Assembly (NCBI GenBank): GCA_029258835.1
Contig: JAPDJY010000050.1
Span: forward strand, 1 to 55,167
Origin: Thermoproteota archaeon
Lineage (GTDB): Archaea > Asgardarchaeota > Jordiarchaeia > Jordiarchaeales > Freyrarchaeaceae
Reading direction: 5' to 3'
DNA length: 55,167 nt
Part shown: positions 1 through 7,944 of the stretch, one piece after another
Position numbering within the stretch: the first letter of the stretch is position 1
How the letters are laid out: every line of letters begins with the position of its first letter
The notes under the pieces: model-generated
Databases searched by the model: none
Told to the model about the DNA's origin: nothing
Seen by the model: only the letters and a program-made list of their open reading frames with translations
Position numbers and translations under genes: made by a program

Positions 1-289
1 GGAAGCCTCGGCGACGGGGGCGGACATCCTATCGGTCTACTGTGGCGGCTGCCTCCTAACCTTCGCTACAGCTAAAGCCATCTATTGGCTCTCGCCGCCG
101 CTCCACCTCACGTTCGAACTCCTTGAGGAGGCTGCAGGCTACACTCCAAAGGTAAGACACGTGGAAAGAGGAAGAAAGATACTGGGTGGAACGCTTCTTA
201 AGATTCCACGCTTTCTCCTCTCACTACGGAGGTTCTGGTTCAAGGAGCTTAAGCCCATGACCCTAACCAGTCTCCCCCCTGGAAGGTAG
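1..289 (+). CDS. (Fe-S)-binding CCG-domain protein, C-terminal part (5' truncated)
   Basis: Manual translation from nt 2: EASATGADILSVYCGGCLLTFA...; TAG at 287-289. Resembles the CCG-domain end of 29796..30836 (AKENGAEAMVFLCPLC). Confidence 0.65.
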   Translation, partial: EASATGADILSVYCGGCLLTFATAKAIYWLSPPLHLTFELLEEAAGYTPKVRHVERGRKILGGTLLKIPRFLLSLRRFWFKELKPMTLTSLPPGR

Positions 290-1954
290 CCCAGCACCAC
301 CCTTTTTCCTCGGCAAAACGGTTATCTTCCTCTTAGCCACGTAGACGTTTCCACCCGTGTCCTTGGCGGTGGCCTTTACCTCGTACACCCCTGGTTTCTC
401 GTAGCTGTGAACCCCTATTGGAAGCCTAGCCTCCGCTCCATCTCCGAAGTCCCAAGCTAGATCCAGTATCACCTCGCCTCCCGTAGTGAAGATCGTGAGG
501 TGAAATATTGCTGGCACACCTTCAACCGGGAGGCTTGGAGTAACGGTGAAGAACAAGCCGCCTCCCCCACCCTTAACCTCGCCTTCCCTCCTAACCTTTA
601 TCTCGCCGCCTCTCTCAAGCTTCCCATCAGCATTTTTAATTTCCTCTCCTGGAATCCTGTGTATGGCGTCGATTATGTGGATGTGCGCCTTCAAGGCTCT
701 CTCAAGCTGCTCAGGGGTGCACCTGTCAACCGTGTCGTACTTCGTATGGTACCATACAGGCTTCCCGATGACCATTATTGAAGGTATGTTCCTCTCTATG
801 AAGGGTCCTAGGTCACTCACCGGAAGCCTCCTAGCTGGAACGTACGCTGAAGGCGTTAACCCGTACTTCAACGCTGCCTCAACCACCACTGGCAGGAGGA
901 CGGGGTTCTCTGACACGAAGAGCCCTCTCTTCTCGTCCTCCCCCGTCTCGACAACCCCCCACTCGGCCTGGTTATAGTACCCCTTAGAGGCAAACCCGTC
1001 GAGCATTATGAACGTTACAACATTCGACAACAAGTCCTCGTGCATCTCAACGAACTTGTTGACGCCGAGGAAAGCCGCCTCATGCCCCGTCCATCCGGCG
1101 AAAACCATCGTTTTCCCTCTGTCCTTCTTAGGAACCCTTGCGTAATGTCTTGCAAGCGCTATCAGGCCCGCGTTTGCCCCCGCATTGTCTATGGCACCCG
1201 TAAACGTGCTGTCGGTGTGCGTTCCAACTAGAATGGTCTCTTCGCTTTCACCGTGAAGCACTCCTATAACCGTGCGGCTTGTCGCTTCGCCCTCCCTAGC
1301 ATCCTCCACGAGCCTGACGGTAACCTTCCCTCTCTTGCAGAGACTTCTTAGGAGCTCCCCGTCGTCGTTGCTTATTGAAAGCATGGGTATCCTTTCCCTC
1401 CACCCTTCCACTCCTTGAATGTAGAAGAGGTATGCAGCCGAGTCCAAAGGGGAACCGTTGATTGCCACCAGCCCGACAGCCCCTCTTTCGGCTGCAAGCC
1501 TGTCGGAGCCAAAAATCTCCCATGTAGGGTAAAAGTTGAGGATCATCCTCCCGTCTATCAGGGCTATTTTACCGTCAACGTCGACCTCATCGAAGTCCGC
1601 TTGGGTTCCGAAGCCCGCGTAAACAAGCTCCGCTGTCACCCCCTCAGGAGGGGTAGCCCCGCTAAACCACACGGGGAAAACGTTTAACTCCACCTCTGAC
1701 GGAAACCACGCAGCCGCCCCCTCACGTAAAAGGGTTAAACCGTACTTTTCAGGCCACCAGCGGGTGAAGACGAACTCTTCAAGTTCAACCTCGTCTAGCC
1801 CTGCATCCTTAAGCTTACCGTAAATATACCTTTCCGCCCTTTCCGCTTCAGGGGTTCCAGCCCAACGCCAACCAAAGGAGCAAATCTCCTCAACCATCCT
1901 ATAGATCTCCTCTCCCGAAGACAAGGCAACCACCCCCCTACTTTCACCCTTCAA
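263..1954 (-). CDS. M28 family peptidase with PA domain and C-terminal PKD domain
   Basis: PA insert (AELVYAGFG..DVDGKIALI), Zn-ligand motifs GTHTDS, GAIDNAG, TGHE, MLDG, YHTKYD; PKD signature WDFGDG..HSYEKPGVY. Confidence 0.85.
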   Translation of the reverse strand: MKGESRGVVALSSGEEIYRMVEEICSFGWRWAGTPEAERAERYIYGKLKDAGLDEVELEEFVFTRWWPEKYGLTLLREGAAAWFPSEVELNVFPVWFSGATPPEGVTAELVYAGFGTQADFDEVDVDGKIALIDGRMILNFYPTWEIFGSDRLAAERGAVGLVAINGSPLDSAAYLFYIQGVEGWRERIPMLSISNDDGELLRSLCKRGKVTVRLVEDAREGEATSRTVIGVLHGESEETILVGTHTDSTFTGAIDNAGANAGLIALARHYARVPKKDRGKTMVFAGWTGHEAAFLGVNKFVEMHEDLLSNVVTFIMLDGFASKGYYNQAEWGVVETGEDEKRGLFVSENPVLLPVVVEAALKYGLTPSAYVPARRLPVSDLGPFIERNIPSIMVIGKPVWYHTKYDTVDRCTPEQLERALKAHIHIIDAIHRIPGEEIKNADGKLERGGEIKVRREGEVKGGGGGLFFTVTPSLPVEGVPAIFHLTIFTTGGEVILDLAWDFGDGAEARLPIGVHSYEKPGVYEVKATAKDTGGNVYVAKRKITVLPRKKGGAGLPSRGETG

Positions 1955-2060
1955 CCTTTATTTCTCTTTTGAGTGATTTAACGCTTCGCTCCGCTCGCAG
2001 CTGCACCACGTCGTCGACGTGAAGGCCTCCCAGCCTCCTTTCCATGTTGCCTGACCTATC

Positions 2061-2074
2061 CGAAAAATTTATTA
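2061..2074 (+). promoter_or_regulatory. BRE + TATA promoter of the NifX/MinD/Mrp operon
   Basis: CGAAAAA-TTTATTA about 65-78 nt upstream of ATG 2139; GGAGGTG RBS before the ATG. Confidence 0.6.
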
Positions 2075-2083
2075 CCCTCGGCG

Positions 2084-2109
2084 TATTTATGTGCATATGA
2101 ACAAAAATA
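2084..2109. promoter_or_regulatory. 26-bp imperfect palindrome, candidate operator
   Basis: TATTTATGTGCAT|ATGAACAAAAATA, 11 of 13 pairs, centred where the transcription start is expected. Confidence 0.6.
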
Positions 2110-2138
2110 TGTTGACGCTAACATGGAGGTGAATTAAA

Positions 2139-2549
2139 ATGGCATGGTTTAGAGGATGGGGCCGAGGTCGAGGCAGGAGATGGTGGTGGTGGAGCTGGTG
2201 GGCAGCATCACAGTCCTCGACGACGTCGTCACAGTCCCCCACACAAGCACCCACCCAACCCTCCCCGCCGGCGCCACGAGGATACCGGTACATCGGTCCA
2301 TGCCGCTGCGGCTTCGGGCCAAACGCATTCTATCAAGACCCACAAGGAAGAATAGTTCACGCGTCACAGATCTTCTGGGGTTCTCCCGCACCTACACCAG
2401 TAACCCCATACACCGAGGAAGCAAGAGAGGAAACCATAGAAGAAAAAATAGAGAAGCTGAGAGAGAAACTCGAAGAACTAGCCGAGGAAATAAGGGAGTC
2501 GTCAGACCAGCAGCCGTCCAGATGGTGGCCCTTTAAGAAACAGGACTAG
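2139..2549 (+). CDS. DUF5320-like small protein (RG/W-rich N-terminus, CxC motif, coiled-coil tail)
   Basis: GWGRGRGRR, YIGPCRCGFGPNAFY, Glu/Lys heptad tail; typical position upstream of NifX genes; strong RBS. Confidence 0.65.
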   Translation: MAWFRGWGRGRGRRWWWWSWWAASQSSTTSSQSPTQAPTQPSPPAPRGYRYIGPCRCGFGPNAFYQDPQGRIVHASQIFWGSPAPTPVTPYTEEAREETIEEKIEKLREKLEELAEEIRESSDQQPSRWWPFKKQD

Positions 2550-2558
2550 GTGGTGGAA

Positions 2559-3047
2559 ATGGTTAAAGTAGCTGTTACATCACAACCTCCAGGAGGATTG
2601 GACGCTCTGGTCGACCCACGCTTCGGCAGAGCCTTCATCTTCACCATAGTCGAATTGAAAGGAGACCGCATAGGGAAAGTAGAAGTAGCAGATAACCCTG
2701 CAGTAAACGCCTTCGGGGGAGCGGGACCAGCAGCAGCGCAGTTCATAGCAAACATGCAGGTTAAAGCCATCATAACAGGGAACATAGGGCCAAACGCGTT
2801 CGCCGCCCTCTCAAGCCTTGGAATAGAAGTATACTTAGCTCCTCTAGGAATAACAGTAAGAGACGCAATCCAAAAATACATATCAAGGGAACTGCAACCC
2901 ATCTCCGCTCCAACAGGACCAGCTCACATGGGAATGGGCCCTGGCTGGGGCCGTGGCGGTGGCTGGGGCCGTGGCGGTGGCTGGGGTCGCGGAGGCGGCT
3001 GGGGTCGCGGAGGCGGCTGGGGTCGCGGAGGCGGCTGGACTCCTTAA
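2559..3047 (+). CDS. NifB/NifX family FeMo-cofactor-binding-like protein with GWGRGG tail
   Basis: KVAV..VDPRFGRA, GAGPAAAQ, ITGNIGPNA motifs; ATG 2559 after GGTGG. Confidence 0.9.
   Translation: MVKVAVTSQPPGGLDALVDPRFGRAFIFTIVELKGDRIGKVEVADNPAVNAFGGAGPAAAQFIANMQVKAIITGNIGPNAFAALSSLGIEVYLAPLGITVRDAIQKYISRELQPISAPTGPAHMGMGPGWGRGGGWGRGGGWGRGGGWGRGGGWGRGGGWTP
2943..3038 (+). repeat. 18-bp coding tandem repeat x5.3 (GWGRGG)
   Basis: 2 x GGCTGGGGCCGTGGCGGT, then 3 x GGCTGGGGTCGCGGAGGC, then GGCTGG. Confidence 0.95.
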
Positions 3048-3108
3048 CCCCCTCTACTTTTAAACTTTTATCCCTTCCGTTTTTTATTCTTAGATTGGAG
3101 GTGCTGGG

Positions 3109-4026
3109 ATGAGCAGTTTCATCCGTAAGAGTCCTGTAGGTGATGGTGCTTTTACTTTAAGTGTAACCGGCGGGAAAGGTGGTACTGGTAAGTCTACTAT
3201 CGCTATTAATCTTGCGGTTTTATTTATGCTCGATGGTTATCGTGTTCTCTTGGTTGACTGCGACGTGGATGCTCCCAATACTGCTTTACTTTTAGATGCC
3301 AATCTTCTGGGTGAGAGGGATGTGACCCGTTTTCTCCCCTTTTTCGATGAAGAAAAGTGTGCTTACTGTGGGAGGTGCGTTGAGTCCTGCAGGTCTCACG
3401 CTCTAGTTCAGCCTGAAGGTCGTCCACCAATTCTTTTCCCTGAACTTTGCAATGGGTGTATGCTTTGTTGGTATGTTTGTCCCGCTGAGGCTGTTAGGGA
3501 AGGATACCAGAAGGTTGGCGTCGTTAAAGACTTCTCCTATAAAGAGTTAGATATAGTGGCGGGGGAGCTTCTCCCCAACGAGAGGGAGGTTACTCCTGTC
3601 GTAAGTTCTCTTCGTAGCAGGGTGGATGAGCTTGTAAGGCAGAAGGGCTATGACGTCGTCGTAGTCGACACGGCTCCTGGTATTCACTGCGGCGTCGTTA
3701 GGGCTTTAGAGATGACCGAGAATGCTTTGGCTGTAACCGAGCCTACCCCTCTGGGAGCGCACGACTTGGACATAATCCTTGAGCTCACGTCTCTTCTGGG
3801 ACTTAACTCCTACGTTGTGCTCAACAGAGCGGGGGTTGGAGACGCCAAGCCCGTCTATGATGTGTGTGAAAGAAGAGGAGTTAAACTTTTATCCGAAATA
3901 CCCTTTGATATGAGCCTCTTTGAGTGCTATGCGAGAAGCATTCCAGTAGTTTCCGGTAATCCCTCCTCGCCCAGCGCTAAAGCAATAAGGAAGCTATATG
4001 AGAAGATTCGGGAGGTAATGAAATGA
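3109..4026 (+). CDS. MinD-family P-loop ATPase with inserted 4Fe-4S dicluster (COG1149 type)
   Basis: GGKGGTGKST, DCDVDAPN, CAYCGRCVESC, CNGCMLCWYVCP, VTEPTP. Confidence 0.9.
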   Translation: MSSFIRKSPVGDGAFTLSVTGGKGGTGKSTIAINLAVLFMLDGYRVLLVDCDVDAPNTALLLDANLLGERDVTRFLPFFDEEKCAYCGRCVESCRSHALVQPEGRPPILFPELCNGCMLCWYVCPAEAVREGYQKVGVVKDFSYKELDIVAGELLPNEREVTPVVSSLRSRVDELVRQKGYDVVVVDTAPGIHCGVVRALEMTENALAVTEPTPLGAHDLDIILELTSLLGLNSYVVLNRAGVGDAKPVYDVCERRGVKLLSEIPFDMSLFECYARSIPVVSGNPSSPSAKAIRKLYEKIREVMK

Positions 4027-4913
4027 TAGAGTTAGTTGTTGTTAGCGGTAAGGGTGGCGTTGGGAAGACGACGGTTTCATCATCCCTAGCTCTTCTAGCT
4101 AACAGGAAGGGTTACATGGTGGTTGCCGCTGACGCCGACGTCGACGCTCCAAACCTCTCCCTCCTGTTGGGGGGAGACCTTGTTGAGGAAAAACGCGTGT
4201 CAGTTTCAGAGAAAGCCTTCATAGATCAAGAGTTATGTGAGAAATGCGGAAAATGCTATGAGTCATGTGTTTTTGACTCCATCGAGAAGCTGAACGGAGG
4301 ATACGTGGTAGTATCCATGTATTGTGAGGGATGTGGTGTTTGCGAAGCCGTCTGTCCGGTAGGAGCTGTAAAGATCGAGCCCGTCGAAAATGGTAGGATA
4401 TCTGTTTTTAAAAGTCGGTTCGGCTTTCCTCTCGTGGTTGGACAGCTGGACGTGGGAGAGTCCGGGTCAGGAAAAGTAGTTTCTGAAGTTAAAGAGGAGG
4501 CTAGAAAACTGGCTAAGCGTGTTGAAGCTTCACTACTAATAGTCGATGGCCCTCCTGGTGCTGGATGCTCAGCTATATCCGCCATAAGTGGAGCCTCCCA
4601 CGTTTTACTAGTAACCGAGCCGACCAAGGCTGCAAGACACGACTTAGAGCGCGTTCTAAGCATTGTCAACCATTTCGGGATACCTTTCGGTGTGGTGGTG
4701 AACAGGTTCGACGCTTACCCTGAAATGTCATCCGAGATCTCACGTTTAATTGAAGACCTAGGAGGGGAAGTCTTAGCTCTGATTCCATCCGACGAGGAAG
4801 TGGTTCACGCCATAGTTGGCGGCCAACCTGTAGTGGAGCGTGCTCCCTCAAGCCCCGCATCAAAGGCATTAAAGGAAGCATTTGAAAGAATTGAAAAACT
4901 TCTCGAGAGGTAG
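4023..4913 (+). CDS. Second MinD-family P-loop ATPase with 4Fe-4S dicluster
   Basis: SGKGGVGKTT, DADVDAPN, CEKCGKCYESC, CEGCGVCEAVCP, DGPPG; ATGA overlap with the previous gene. Confidence 0.9.
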   Translation: MIELVVVSGKGGVGKTTVSSSLALLANRKGYMVVAADADVDAPNLSLLLGGDLVEEKRVSVSEKAFIDQELCEKCGKCYESCVFDSIEKLNGGYVVVSMYCEGCGVCEAVCPVGAVKIEPVENGRISVFKSRFGFPLVVGQLDVGESGSGKVVSEVKEEARKLAKRVEASLLIVDGPPGAGCSAISAISGASHVLLVTEPTKAARHDLERVLSIVNHFGIPFGVVVNRFDAYPEMSSEISRLIEDLGGEVLALIPSDEEVVHAIVGGQPVVERAPSSPASKALKEAFERIEKLLER

Positions 4914-4919
4914 CATCCC

Positions 4920-6299
4920 ATGAAGCATAGTAAACCCGTCCTTCTAAAAGATTATAAGCGTGTGGCACTCGTCTCCTTCCTCACCCTCTTAGTAGTTGCC
5001 GTCGCGGAGTTCGTAGCTGGAAGGGTTACAGGCTCCATAGGGTTGGTGGCCGAGTCATATAATACTTTTTCCGATGTTTTGTCTATCGTAACGGTTCTGG
5101 CAGGACTGATAGTTTCCGAGAAGCCTCCTGACTTCACGCATCCCTACGGGCACTACAAGGCTGAAAACGTGGCAAGCCTCTTCGTAGGCCTCCTGATCCT
5201 CGCTGCAGGCATAGAAGCAATATGGGAATCCATTCAGAAGTTTTGGGTTTTCGAGAGGCCCGATGTAAACATAGTTTCAGTTGCAACCATTCTCTTCGCC
5301 GCGTCATCCTACTGGCTTGTCGCCTTATATCAGAAACGCGTCGGGGAGAGAACTGGTAGCCCCTCTCTCCTAGCAGAGTCAAAGCACTTCTCAACCGATG
5401 TTTACACAGCTCTCGCCCCCATAGCAGGTCAAGCCTCGATCCTCTACGCGTCATATTTCCTCTCCCTGAAACCTCTTGAGCTCATTTTAGAGTACTTCTC
5501 CAGCGTGCTCGGGTTGACTGCCTCCCAGTGGTGGCTCCTCAAGCTATGGGTTGAACACGCCTACCACTCGTACGCCCTCGTTGACCCTGTGGTCGGCATA
5601 GCAATCTCCTTCGTAGTGCTAGCTACAGGGTACGGTGTCGTCAAGAGCTCAATAGACGTTTTGATGGAAGCCGTCCAGTACCCTGAGATCGTAGAGGATG
5701 TTAGAAGGCTCGTTGAGGCTCACCCTAAGGTGAGCAGGCTTGCTCAGGTGAGAGCTAGAGGGGCTGGAAGGTACATCTTGGTCGACTTAACCGTCGAGTT
5801 GAAACCGGAGTTAAGCTTGGAGGAAAGCCATTACGTCTCCGAGGAGTTGAAAAACATTGTTAGAAGCAGCATTCCAAGAATCGGGTACATCCTCATCGAA
5901 ACGGTTCCTGCAAGGGAAAAAGAGGAAAAGGTCATAGCTTTCCCTATAGACGAGGATAGAGGGCTTGAAAGCACCCTTAGCGACCACTTTGGAAAGTGTA
6001 GGAAGTTCCTCATGGTGAAGGTTAAGGGCGGAAAGGTGGCTGAATGGTGGTCTGTTGACAATCCTTCCTTAAGCGTTGAGCATGGTAAGGGGCCGGAGGC
6101 AGCTGAGTTCCTTTACCGTCACGGCATAGACGCCATAGTAGCCACCGGTATGGGCAAGCCGGCATACTACACCCTGAAAAACATGGGAATATACGTGTAC
6201 GGCGCCGAAAGCAACGCTAAGGTAGAAGATCTTGTGAACGCTTACATCGGGAAGGGCCTGAAGCCTTTAGAGAGGCTTCACCCTGGACATGAAGGATAA
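4920..6299 (+). CDS. Cation diffusion facilitator transporter fused to a C-terminal NifB/NifX domain
   Basis: TM helices, PPDFTHPYGHYKAE, HFSTD, dimerisation domain, then IAFPIDEDRGLESTLSDHFGKC..GMGK. Confidence 0.9.
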   Translation: MKHSKPVLLKDYKRVALVSFLTLLVVAVAEFVAGRVTGSIGLVAESYNTFSDVLSIVTVLAGLIVSEKPPDFTHPYGHYKAENVASLFVGLLILAAGIEAIWESIQKFWVFERPDVNIVSVATILFAASSYWLVALYQKRVGERTGSPSLLAESKHFSTDVYTALAPIAGQASILYASYFLSLKPLELILEYFSSVLGLTASQWWLLKLWVEHAYHSYALVDPVVGIAISFVVLATGYGVVKSSIDVLMEAVQYPEIVEDVRRLVEAHPKVSRLAQVRARGAGRYILVDLTVELKPELSLEESHYVSEELKNIVRSSIPRIGYILIETVPAREKEEKVIAFPIDEDRGLESTLSDHFGKCRKFLMVKVKGGKVAEWWSVDNPSLSVEHGKGPEAAEFLYRHGIDAIVATGMGKPAYYTLKNMGIYVYGAESNAKVEDLVNAYIGKGLKPLERLHPGHEG

Positions 6300-6313
6300 A
6301 GGAGGTTGATAGG

Positions 6314-6709
6314 ATGGTTAGAATAGTTGTTCCCGTATTCGAGTTCGTGGGCGAGGACTCAATGGTCTTCGACCACTTTGGAAGGGCTCCGTCGTTCGCT
6401 GTGGTAGAGGTCTCCGAAAGTGGAGAAATAATCTCCATGAGGGAGGAAAAGAACGTAAGCGAGTACTTTGGAGGAATGGGTAAAGCAGCCGAGCTCGTAT
6501 CCCAACTATCCCCCGACGTGTTAATAGTTAAGGGGATAGGGAGAAGAGCTATAAGCCTCCTTGAATCCATGGGTGTCAAGGTTTTCACCTGTGACGCCCC
6601 AACGTTGAAGGAAGCAGTTAAAGCGTATCTTGAGGGACGCGTGGATGCCGCGGAGGCCTGTAGGGAGCCCGGCCACTACGGCCACCGTCACGGCTACGAA
6701 AGGTGGTGA
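6314..6709 (+). CDS. NifB/NifX family protein
   Basis: RIVVPV..VFDHFGRAPSF..GIGRRA; Cys/His-rich tail. Confidence 0.9.
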   Translation: MVRIVVPVFEFVGEDSMVFDHFGRAPSFAVVEVSESGEIISMREEKNVSEYFGGMGKAAELVSQLSPDVLIVKGIGRRAISLLESMGVKVFTCDAPTLKEAVKAYLEGRVDAAEACREPGHYGHRHGYERW

Positions 6710-6711
6710 TC

Positions 6712-7554
6712 ATGTCAGGTAAAGATAAGTCTCCTCAGCAGATGAAGGTGTTTTATGATGAGACTATTAAGAAGCGTATGTCACACGTGAAGCATAAGAT
6801 CGTTGTTATGAGCGGTAAAGGAGGAGTAGGAAAAAGCACTGTTGCAGCGAACTTGGCGGTCGCCTTCGCAAGGATGGGGCGACAGGTCGGCCTGATGGAC
6901 GCCGACTTCCACGGCCCATCCATACCGAAAATACTTGGCGTGCAGGGCTTACAGCCGCAAGTTAGCCCAACGGGCATATACCCGATCATCGCGGAGCTGG
7001 GTATCAGAGTTATCTCCATAGATTTCTTCCTGCCGACGAGCGACTCACCAGTCATATGGAGAGGGCCTTTAAAAATGTCGGCGATAAGACAGTTCCTCTC
7101 CGACGTTGAATGGGGGGAGCTTGACTATCTTTTCGTAGACCTGCCACCCGGAACGGGGGACGAGCCCCTAAGCGTGATGCAGCTTATACCGGGAATAGAC
7201 GGCGTCGTGATCGTGACGGCCCCCTCAGACCTCTCCCAGTACGTCGTCAAGAAGGCCGTTTCAATGGCTCAGAAAATGAACGTGAGGGTGCTGGGCATCG
7301 TGGAGAACATGAGCGGATTCGTATGTCCAAACTGTGGGGCAAGCTACAACCTCCTCGGATCCGGTGGAGGCGAGAGGATTTCGAAAGAGATGAACGTGCC
7401 CTTCCTAGGTAAAATACCAATAGACCCAAGTATAAGCGAGGACACCGATGAGGGGACACCCTTCATAGTGAAGCATCACGACTCTGCAGCCGCGAAGGCA
7501 TTCATGGACATCGTGGAAAAAATAGCGAAAGCCGTTGAAGGAGAAAAAACATGA
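6712..7554 (+). CDS. mrp: Mrp/NBP35/ApbC Fe-S cluster carrier ATPase
   Basis: SGKGGVGKST, DADFHGPSIP, VIWRGP, DLPPGTGD, ENMSGFVCPNC. Confidence 0.92.
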   Translation: MSGKDKSPQQMKVFYDETIKKRMSHVKHKIVVMSGKGGVGKSTVAANLAVAFARMGRQVGLMDADFHGPSIPKILGVQGLQPQVSPTGIYPIIAELGIRVISIDFFLPTSDSPVIWRGPLKMSAIRQFLSDVEWGELDYLFVDLPPGTGDEPLSVMQLIPGIDGVVIVTAPSDLSQYVVKKAVSMAQKMNVRVLGIVENMSGFVCPNCGASYNLLGSGGGERISKEMNVPFLGKIPIDPSISEDTDEGTPFIVKHHDSAAAKAFMDIVEKIAKAVEGEKT

Positions 7555-7588
7555 CAACATTCCCCCTATTTTTGGAGAGTTTTGGAGA

Positions 7589-7921
7589 GTGGCTGCTTTG
7601 TGGGGTCCCGGTGGAAGGAGGAGAAGGTGCAGGGGGAGGCCTCTTGCCCCGAGGGACATAGAGGTGGAGCCCCACGTAACGCGCTTCATACCAGTATTCT
7701 CGGGTTTCAGGCCGCCCCCCCTCCCCCCAGTCACCCTATATCATGACGAACTTGAAGCCTTAAGGCTGGTGGACCAGCTTGGCCTCACACAGGAGGAGGC
7801 GGGTGACAGAATGGGTGTGTCGCGGGGTACCATCTGGCGCCTCCTCCAAAGTGGAAGGAAGAAGGTTATACAAGCCCTTGTTGAGGGAAGAGAAATAATG
7901 ATTTCTCCGAGAAAATTCTGA
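7589..7921 (+). CDS. DUF134 family HTH DNA-binding protein
   Basis: GRP..R N-terminus; DELEALRLVD..LTQEEAG.RMGVSRGTIWRLL.SGRKK; start uncertain (7535/7589/7598). Confidence 0.85.
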   Translation: MAALWGPGGRRRRCRGRPLAPRDIEVEPHVTRFIPVFSGFRPPPLPPVTLYHDELEALRLVDQLGLTQEEAGDRMGVSRGTIWRLLQSGRKKVIQALVEGREIMISPRKF

Positions 7922-7944
7922 GCACCTCGTGTTTTCCCGGCCGT

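Noticed and set aside
2943-3038. Tandem repeats as a possible CRISPR array
   Set aside because: No spacers; in-frame 18-bp coding units; no cas genes in the window
2559-6709. NifB/NifX domains as evidence of nitrogen fixation
   Set aside because: No nifH/D/K/E/N in the window; the family is widespread in non-diazotrophs
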